Below are positions 57,609 to 64,000 of a DNA stretch of 64,000 nt, piece by piece (position 1 is the stretch's first letter; the number at the start of each line of letters is the position of its first letter). The position numbers were made by a program, and so were the translations under genes. Below the pieces are notes generated by a model, which was not told where the DNA came from, searched no databases, and worked only from the letters and a program-made list of their open reading frames with translations. The stretch comes from a candidate division WWE3 bacterium. GTDB lineage: Bacteria > Patescibacteriota > WWE3 > UBA101185 > UBA10185. The stretch covers positions 169,569-233,568 of the forward strand of contig JBPOHV010000001.1 of the NCBI GenBank assembly GCA_052035175.1. The letters run 5' to 3'.

Positions 57609-58139
57609 TTGATGATATTAACAGGACCAAGAATTAAAGAAGAGTTTAAAAAGGGCAATATATTCATTGCACCTTTTAAAGACGATCAAATTAATCCTAA
57701 TTCTTATGATCTCAGACTAGGTAATGTTTTAAAAACATACAAATCTTTTGAATTAGATACTAAAAAAGAAAATGAAACTGACACTATAAATTTAACAGAA
57801 GCTGGGATAGTACTTTATCCTGATAAATTATACTTAGGGCATTCTCTCGAGACTGTTGGAAGTGATGTATATGTACCAGTGATTAGAGGAAAGTCTTCCA
57901 CTGGCAGACTAGGGTTGTTTGTACATATAACTGCTGACTTAATAGATATTGGATATAAAGGAACATACACGCTAATGCTACATGCCGTGCAGCCTGTTAG
58001 AGTTTTTCCTGGGATGCGGATTGGACAAGTTACCTTTTGGAAAGTATTTGGTGATATCAAATTGTATAAAGGGAAATATCAGGGCAGTACTGAACCATCT
58101 GCATCTCAAGTTTATAAGGACTTTAATTTGGAAGGTTAG
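57609..58139 (+). CDS. dCTP deaminase / dUTPase family paralog
   Basis: 'ILTGPRI', 'NPNSYDLRLG' and 'GKSSTGRLGL'. Its start overlaps the upstream paralog's stop (TAATTGATG). Confidence 0.7.
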   Translation: MMILTGPRIKEEFKKGNIFIAPFKDDQINPNSYDLRLGNVLKTYKSFELDTKKENETDTINLTEAGIVLYPDKLYLGHSLETVGSDVYVPVIRGKSSTGRLGLFVHITADLIDIGYKGTYTLMLHAVQPVRVFPGMRIGQVTFWKVFGDIKLYKGKYQGSTEPSASQVYKDFNLEG

Positions 58140-58150
58140 CTTTTAATTTT

Positions 58151-59260
58151 ATGAAAATCTTAACTGGTATAGATATACCTTTCCATCCTTTTGGCGGAAG
58201 TCCTTTAATATGTAATGATTGGTATTCAGATCTACCTTCTGATACTGAAGTAAAATTTTTGGCACTCAAGCCGACAGATATGCAACTTGATAATTGGTGG
58301 TCCATTAAAGATGTAACTTTCTTAGAAACTTTGAAAACTAAAAATGCTGATGAATATCAAAACTATATTAAAAGCTTATACGAGGAGGTATCTAAAATAG
58401 TTGAGGATTTTAAACCCGATGTTATTCATGCACAACACTTAAACTTTGGACTTTCTCGAGTATTCGCGGATTTGAGTAAAGATATACCTAAATTAGGCAT
58501 ATGTCATGGTACAGATGTTCAATGGGCCATGAAAGAAAAGTTCTTTGAGGAAAACCTGATATATATTTCAGATAACTTAGATAAATTACTTTTTCCAGCA
58601 GAAAACATGGCGAAAGACTTTTTTAAAATATATAAAAAAGAGAAGCCTTATGTAATTAATCCTCATGGAATACCTGATAATTACTATGTAAATACTTTGA
58701 TAAATCCTTCTTATGATGGAAAAGATCCATTAAAGGTATTATACGCTGGCAGATTATTATCTATAAAAGGAGCACATATAGTAGTTGAATCTCTTGCACA
58801 TACTAGAAATGCTGTTGAATTAACAATCATTGGGAATGAAGATGAGAAAGGTTATAAGGGCTTATTAAAAGCCATAGTAAAAAAGCATAATTTAACAAAT
58901 GTTATTTTCAAGGATCAAATTTCTAGAAGCAATTTAATTAATAGCTTCAAAAACTATGATTTAGTTGTATTCCCATCTATTGCTATAGAAGCTTTTTCTT
59001 TAACATCTATAGAAGCACAGGCTTCAGGTTTACCTGTAGCATATGCTGAAGCTGGTGGAATAGCTGATGCGGTAGGGGGTTCAGGTATTATCATCAGTCC
59101 AAATACACCACAAGCACTAGCAAAGATTTTTGATGGTATTTTCATCGACCCACTACTTTTAAAGCAATACCAGTTACTAGGTTATGAAAATGCGAAAAAA
59201 TTTAAACTATCCGAAAAAAAGGATAAATTATTCAAGATTACCGCTGATCTTTTGAGGTAG
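58151..59260 (+). CDS. GT-B glycosyltransferase (GT4/group-1-like)
   Basis: C-terminal 'FPSIAIEAFSLTSIEAQASGLPV' E-x7-E motif region. Confidence 0.65.
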   Translation: MKILTGIDIPFHPFGGSPLICNDWYSDLPSDTEVKFLALKPTDMQLDNWWSIKDVTFLETLKTKNADEYQNYIKSLYEEVSKIVEDFKPDVIHAQHLNFGLSRVFADLSKDIPKLGICHGTDVQWAMKEKFFEENLIYISDNLDKLLFPAENMAKDFFKIYKKEKPYVINPHGIPDNYYVNTLINPSYDGKDPLKVLYAGRLLSIKGAHIVVESLAHTRNAVELTIIGNEDEKGYKGLLKAIVKKHNLTNVIFKDQISRSNLINSFKNYDLVVFPSIAIEAFSLTSIEAQASGLPVAYAEAGGIADAVGGSGIIISPNTPQALAKIFDGIFIDPLLLKQYQLLGYENAKKFKLSEKKDKLFKITADLLR

Positions 59261-59265
59261 ATCTT

Positions 59266-59970
59266 TTATATTGGAAAGGTTTTATATACTTTGAAGTTTT
59301 TTTCAGACTCGTTTTTTATTACCATTGTGAGGGAGTTCATCTCTAGTTTTACCGATGTGTCAAATAATTCTGAAATATTTTTCTCGAGTGCGGGCATTTC
59401 TGAGTCTTCAATAAAAACAGGATTTAATAGTGTAAAGTGTGGTTTAAAATGTTCAAAAATGTATGGTGCATAAAACATCTTTATCTTTTTGACCTGGTCA
59501 GGCAAGTACTTAATATCATTTTCTGCAGTTTGTTTTTCTAGAAGATTTACATATAGTGAACCTCTTCCTAGTATTTGTATTGTACTAACTAACACATCAT
59601 GAAGAGTTTTCACATTATCATTAGGTATTAACCTAATAGCTAATTGAGTTTTATTTTTTGGCCAAAATCCAATTTCTTCTACATTGAGTGTCAGTTCTAA
59701 GTTCTTAGAAAATGTGTTTAGAACATTTTGTATCTTTTGTTCTATTACAGGTAAATCACTTTCATTTATAGTTACTGCATCAGTCATAGTCATATGAAAT
59801 CCGTAAACACTGGACTCTGTTACCCAGGCTTTTTTTATAAATGAATTTAAATTTATATGCTTTTGGTTAAGAATGTCGTAGCCTATTATTTCTGACCCCG
59901 TTTTATAATAATCTGTTTCAAATGGGATATAATATAATCCAAATAGCATTTGCATATTATTATGACACAA
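59266..59970 (-). CDS. 2H phosphoesterase superfamily protein (LigT-like)
   Basis: Two H-x-T-x motifs ('FHMTM', 'PHFTL') about 100 aa apart. Confidence 0.45.
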   Translation of the reverse strand: MCHNNMQMLFGLYYIPFETDYYKTGSEIIGYDILNQKHINLNSFIKKAWVTESSVYGFHMTMTDAVTINESDLPVIEQKIQNVLNTFSKNLELTLNVEEIGFWPKNKTQLAIRLIPNDNVKTLHDVLVSTIQILGRGSLYVNLLEKQTAENDIKYLPDQVKKIKMFYAPYIFEHFKPHFTLLNPVFIEDSEMPALEKNISELFDTSVKLEMNSLTMVIKNESEKNFKVYKTFPI

Positions 59971-60879
59971 AGACGTATAAAAAAAGCACTTATTTCAGAT
60001 GCTGGTATGGCAAGCAGATATTTACCAGTTCTTAAAGCTTCCCCTAAGGGATTACTACCATTACTTAATAGGTCAATAATGGATTGGGTATTACTTGAAT
60101 GCAAAGAGGCAGGAATTGAAGAAATAATTATTGTTACAAGTGTTAACAATGTTGAGAAATATGAGCAGTATTATCATGACTCTGCACAACACATTAAGGA
60201 TGCATTACAAAAACAAAACAAACTTGAAAGATATGACGGTATAGTTGAGTTATTTTCATTGCCAAAGATAACTATAATAGCCCAATCTGTAGATTTACCA
60301 TACGGAACAGCTGCGCCACTAGTTACTGCTCGCCAATTTTTAGATAAAGAAGAAGGGTTTGTTTTTTGTCAGGGAGATGATGTGATTTTGGGTAAACATA
60401 AAGATGTAGCAAAGATGATAGAGTTGTTTAACAGCAACGCTGACCTTGCAGGTGTAATAATGACACAGGCGACTCCCGAAAACGAACTACATAACTATGG
60501 TGTAGTTAAGCTGAGGAATTCTGGTCTTTTAGAAGAGATTGTCGAGCGACCATCGAAAGGCAGTGCTCCCTCCAGATTAGTGTCTTATGGAAGATATTTG
60601 TTAACTCCTGAAATCTTTAAATATACTGAAGAAAGAAAGAGTAACCCTAATACTGGAGAATTTATGTTAGTTGACGCAATTACAAGTCTTGCTGTTAATC
60701 ATGATGTGTTAGTTGGCAAAACTGATGGTTTATGGCTTACAACAGGCGATCCAGTTAATCATTTAAAAGCACAAATAGCATTTGCATTGAATGATGAAAA
60801 ATATAAACATTCTATACAAGATTTTATTGATATTGAGTTAAAAAAGCTCTATGCGACCTCATTACCAGTGCACAAATGA
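59950..60879 (+). CDS. sugar-1-phosphate nucleotidyltransferase (GalU-like)
   Basis: N-terminal 'KALISDAGMASRYLPVLKASPKGLLPL' (G-x-G-T-R-x-LP-x-TK-like pyrophosphorylase motif). Confidence 0.6.
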   Translation: MHIIMTQRRIKKALISDAGMASRYLPVLKASPKGLLPLLNRSIMDWVLLECKEAGIEEIIIVTSVNNVEKYEQYYHDSAQHIKDALQKQNKLERYDGIVELFSLPKITIIAQSVDLPYGTAAPLVTARQFLDKEEGFVFCQGDDVILGKHKDVAKMIELFNSNADLAGVIMTQATPENELHNYGVVKLRNSGLLEEIVERPSKGSAPSRLVSYGRYLLTPEIFKYTEERKSNPNTGEFMLVDAITSLAVNHDVLVGKTDGLWLTTGDPVNHLKAQIAFALNDEKYKHSIQDFIDIELKKLYATSLPVHK

Positions 60880-61226
60880 AAATGAAGTTGATTAACTTCT
60901 TGGCGATTACCACCATTAATTAATAAAGTATATTCTTGCCATTCTAATTCTTTTACCAGTTCTTTTACTATCATGAATACTTCGTTGATATAAGTCATAT
61001 CTTCTTGCTCTAATGAGACTATATTCTTAATTTTCTTTTTAGGTACGATTAAAATATGTTTGTCCCAAAATGGCTTTGGATGCCAAAATGCGACTACTAG
61101 GTCATTTTCAAAAACTTTTTTTACAGGTAATACCTTACTAAAAGATTCAAAGGTTGTGCCTACTATAAAATCACCAATAGGTGTCTTAGCCATAGTGAAT
61201 AAAAATTTGCTCAGCTTCATAGACAA
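60849..61226 (-). CDS. HIT-like protein
   Basis: Partial histidine triad 'QLHFHLC'. HIT-like size and position. Confidence 0.4.
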   Translation of the reverse strand: MSMKLSKFLFTMAKTPIGDFIVGTTFESFSKVLPVKKVFENDLVVAFWHPKPFWDKHILIVPKKKIKNIVSLEQEDMTYINEVFMIVKELVKELEWQEYTLLINGGNRQEVNQLHFHLCTGNEVA

Positions 61227-61293
61227 ATTTTACCATAGTGGTTAGTTGTAATTTCATATAAAAGTAAAAACTGATGTATTATCAAATTACACT

Positions 61294-62454
61294 ATGGAAT
61301 TATCCACAGATCAACAAAAAGCACTAAACCAACTATTGAAATGGTTTAACAACAATCACAAACCTCAATTCATAACACTCGGTGGATATGCTGGTACGGG
61401 TAAGACGACATTAATTTCAATTTTCAAAAATGAATTAATTAAAATAGATAAAAAGATGACAATCGCGTTTTGTAGTTATACCGGGCGTGCAGCGCAAAAC
61501 TTGAAAAATAAATTAAAAGAACACAAAGCGATTTCGTCAAAAGATACAATCAGTACAATACACGGATTAATTTATAATCCTATCGAAAATTCAAATGCAG
61601 AAATTGTCGGGTGGGAAAAGAAAGAATTACTCGAGCATAGCCTTATTATAGTAGATGAAGCGTCGATGATAGACGAAGTTATTTGGAGAGACTTACTTTC
61701 TTATAATGTGCCGATCGTGGCAGTAGGGGATCATGGTCAGTTACCTCCTATAAAAGGCAAGTTTAATCTCATGGAAAATCCAGAAATCTTGTTAATAGAA
61801 ATACACAGACAAGCTAGAGATAATCCGATAATCAAAGTTTCAGAATACGCACGTACATCTGGAATTGTACCAGCACAAGAATTTGATACAAATGTAGCAA
61901 AGTATTCTCGAGAAGATCCTTATGTGCAATCAATCAGTAATGAATTGTTAGAAAATTACACAACAGATACACTGATATTGTGTGGCTATAATTCGACACG
62001 TACAAAGCTGAACCAGTATATTAGAAATAATCTAGGCTTTGAAAGTGCATTACCAGAATCTGGTGATAGAGTTATTTGTTTACGAAATAATAATAAAAAA
62101 GGAATATATAACGGAATGCTTGGGACAATTACTAATATAAATCTTAAAGAAACAGATTGGTACGACGCAGAAATCCAAATGGATGATAATACGAGACCGT
62201 ATGCCGGTCTCATTTACGCTCCTCAATTTGGTGCAACTACTGCAATTAATTTTACCGAAAATCGAAAGCACGCGATGAAAGGCGACTTATTTGATTTTGG
62301 TTATGCAATGACAGTCCACAAAGCACAAGGTAGTCAAGCAAAGCGTGTGATTATGTTTGAAGAAAGATTTAAACAAATGGACGACGATATGTGGAAGCGT
62401 TGGTTGTATACAGGTATAACACGCGCACAAGAAGAATTATTTTTGTTTGGTTAA
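61294..62454 (+). CDS. RecD/Dda-like superfamily-1 DNA helicase (AAA_30 + UvrD_C-like)
   Basis: Walker A 'GYAGTGKTT'. Walker B 'LIIVDEASMI'. C-terminal 'TVHKAQGSQ' motif. Confidence 0.7.
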   Translation: MELSTDQQKALNQLLKWFNNNHKPQFITLGGYAGTGKTTLISIFKNELIKIDKKMTIAFCSYTGRAAQNLKNKLKEHKAISSKDTISTIHGLIYNPIENSNAEIVGWEKKELLEHSLIIVDEASMIDEVIWRDLLSYNVPIVAVGDHGQLPPIKGKFNLMENPEILLIEIHRQARDNPIIKVSEYARTSGIVPAQEFDTNVAKYSREDPYVQSISNELLENYTTDTLILCGYNSTRTKLNQYIRNNLGFESALPESGDRVICLRNNNKKGIYNGMLGTITNINLKETDWYDAEIQMDDNTRPYAGLIYAPQFGATTAINFTENRKHAMKGDLFDFGYAMTVHKAQGSQAKRVIMFEERFKQMDDDMWKRWLYTGITRAQEELFLFG

Positions 62455-63929
62455 TAAGCAGCAATCCGCTTATAAAAATAGACTTTTGGATTTATATAAA
62501 TATTGAAGGGGTACTCAATAATTTTTTCTTCAAGAAGTAGATATTTATCTTTGTATCGACCATTAACTTCTGGTGAATCATAAGAGAATTCATATAAGTA
62601 TTTTCTTTCTTCATTTTTGTAATTCAATTTCCACGCGTTTGTGCCAAGTACAAGCACTGGGTTGATACGTTCATTGTTTACAGTTTGAACTGATTTATTC
62701 CAGATATATTTATTTACTAATACAAAGTCCATTGTCATCTGATAAGTGAAAAAGCCTATGAATGCTATAAAAGTACATATTAAAAGTTTATTGATTTTGG
62801 AAAGTTCGATACTTTTGATAAAAAATAAAATCGCAAATGGAATTATTGTAAGTAAGTATCTGTCATAAAAAGTTTCAGAAAGTATCATCAGCCCGAGATA
62901 TAGCGTGACAAATATTATATTGAAATCGATATATCTTCTCTTATATATAACTACTGCGATTGCAGGTAAAGACAAACTTATTAATATTTTTGACATTTGA
63001 TCCCAATATCTATATAAATCGTAATTCCATCTGAATTGATATTTCGTCCCTATCACGCCACGTGGGTATAGCCCTGTGCGCTCCCAAATGTTTTCAAAAT
63101 ATGGAAACTCGCCCCATGAGACTTTCATTGGTTGAAACTGTGAGTTTAAAAAATAGAGACACATTATGCCACATACCACTATTAAAACGATGTTTCTTTT
63201 TGATAGTTTAGTGTATGTGTTTAAAATAAATGCAATTATTAATGGCATCAGCAGTGCATATATCACAATCAATGATCCATACACCAATGCGAATGAATAG
63301 TCACGGTCAAATAAATGCGCCGTTTGCAATGGCTTCTCAAACATTTCAGCAGTTCGTGGAAATAACCACATATAATACCCATATAGAGTCAAGAAAAGGG
63401 AAGTAAACAAAAAACAATTTTTATAATCTCGTTTAAACATGTAAAAGATAGCCAAAGCCACGATAAATACAAGAGCTGCTTGCTTTACAAAAAAAGCTGC
63501 AATCAGACTTACACATAGAGTTAACAATACTTTTGGATTATTATTCTTTTCTTGTTCATATAAATGAAAAGCATATGTTGCGACAAGTAAAAAAAATAAC
63601 AAATAATTTTCTGTCATAAACCCAATCGAAGAATATGAGAACCATGGATTAAATAACAACAGCAATCCTACGACAAAGCCCCAAAAAATATTTTTTAAAT
63701 AGAATTTATTCAGAATAGCAACGAATACTAGATACGTGCTTATAGATATAATAAGAGTTAGTATTGGAAGACTATATAAACCAAAAAGCTTCGCAAATAA
63801 ATATGCCAAAAGACCTTGCACATAAAATGTAGGAGCAACCAAAGAGTTTAACGAAAAGTCGCCTCGTAAGAAGCTCTCAACAGTTTTGTAGTAGATCCAG
63901 TCGTCATTTTGCATAAAAGAGATAAACAT
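62451..63929 (-). CDS. GT-C family polytopic membrane glycosyltransferase (ArnT/PMT-like)
   Basis: ~12 TM helices with an N-terminal-loop acidic motif. Typical length. Confidence 0.45.
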   Translation of the reverse strand: MFISFMQNDDWIYYKTVESFLRGDFSLNSLVAPTFYVQGLLAYLFAKLFGLYSLPILTLIISISTYLVFVAILNKFYLKNIFWGFVVGLLLLFNPWFSYSSIGFMTENYLLFFLLVATYAFHLYEQEKNNNPKVLLTLCVSLIAAFFVKQAALVFIVALAIFYMFKRDYKNCFLFTSLFLTLYGYYMWLFPRTAEMFEKPLQTAHLFDRDYSFALVYGSLIVIYALLMPLIIAFILNTYTKLSKRNIVLIVVCGIMCLYFLNSQFQPMKVSWGEFPYFENIWERTGLYPRGVIGTKYQFRWNYDLYRYWDQMSKILISLSLPAIAVVIYKRRYIDFNIIFVTLYLGLMILSETFYDRYLLTIIPFAILFFIKSIELSKINKLLICTFIAFIGFFTYQMTMDFVLVNKYIWNKSVQTVNNERINPVLVLGTNAWKLNYKNEERKYLYEFSYDSPEVNGRYKDKYLLLEEKIIEYPFNIYINPKVYFYKRIAAY

Positions 63930-64000
63930 ATGTTGTAATGATATAATATTTTTGTATGTTTAAGCACGTGCGTGCGCATTATCCTTTGGTTTTATTTTTG

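Noticed and set aside
1-64000. CRISPR arrays, rRNA genes, IS transposases
   Set aside because: No regularly spaced direct repeats, no rRNA-like conserved stretches and no DDE or HUH transposase motifs were seen on reading. The only repeats found are the tRNA-Gln 5' duplication and the helicase 5' duplication.

Overview
This is an AT-rich (~35% GC) bacterial chromosome segment with short genes, weak or short Shine-Dalgarno contexts and the standard genetic code (TGA is used as a stop codon). From gene content, the best guess is a small-genome monoderm lineage, possibly CPR/Saccharibacteria-like.

Layout of the window:
- 1-17.9 kb holds housekeeping and accessory genes. These include SAM methyltransferases, an SDR oxidoreductase, an ASCH-domain protein, a YbaK-like deacylase, tRNA-Pro, a PglC-like phosphoglycosyl transferase, Fpg/Nei, a DipZ-like CcdA-thioredoxin fusion, a TlpA-like thioredoxin, a HAD hydrolase and three large uncharacterised (partly surface) proteins.
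- ~18.0-45.85 kb reads as one integrated conjugative element (ICE) inserted into the 3' end of a minus-strand tRNA-Glu(CUC) gene. At its right end is a large serine recombinase whose coding region runs into the tRNA, preceded by a small overlapping Xis-like ORF.
- Inside the element are a VirD4-type coupling protein and a replication-relaxation-like protein. A monoderm-type T4SS operon carries a VirB2-like pilin, a VirB6-like protein with an N-terminal pilin-like duplication, a VirB3-like protein, a VirB4 split into two overlapping ORFs, and an M23 peptidase.
- The element also carries the bacitracin-resistance gene uppP/bacA and a large copper/heavy-metal and thiol-redox island. The island comprises two cupredoxins, a ZntA/CadA-like P1B ATPase with an atypical DKTRT motif, CopA, CopZ, two DsbA-like proteins, a SurA-like protein, and a BlaI/CopY-family repressor paired with a sensor-less BlaR1-like M56 protease.
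- The element further carries an AAA+ ATPase plus S8 subtilase pair that resembles the IetAS antiphage module, a single-HKD PLD/Nuc-like nuclease and an XRE regulator.
- Beyond the tRNA-Glu lie VanW, a NYN-domain protein, a metallothionein-like micro-ORF, and a probable tRNA-Gln preceded by a partial 5' duplication split by a perfect 18-bp palindrome. These are followed by HD, GNAT, HIT, NUDIX and P-loop kinase genes and a frameshifted HExxH gene.
- Last comes a ~5 kb block bracketed by a duplicated 5' end of a RecD/Dda-like helicase gene. The block holds tandem dCTP-deaminase paralogs, a GT1 glycosyltransferase, a GalU-like nucleotidyltransferase and a 2H phosphoesterase. The final gene in the window is a GT-C membrane glycosyltransferase.

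No CRISPR array, rRNA or transposase was recognised. All functional calls are motif-level readings of the translated ORFs. No database search was run.
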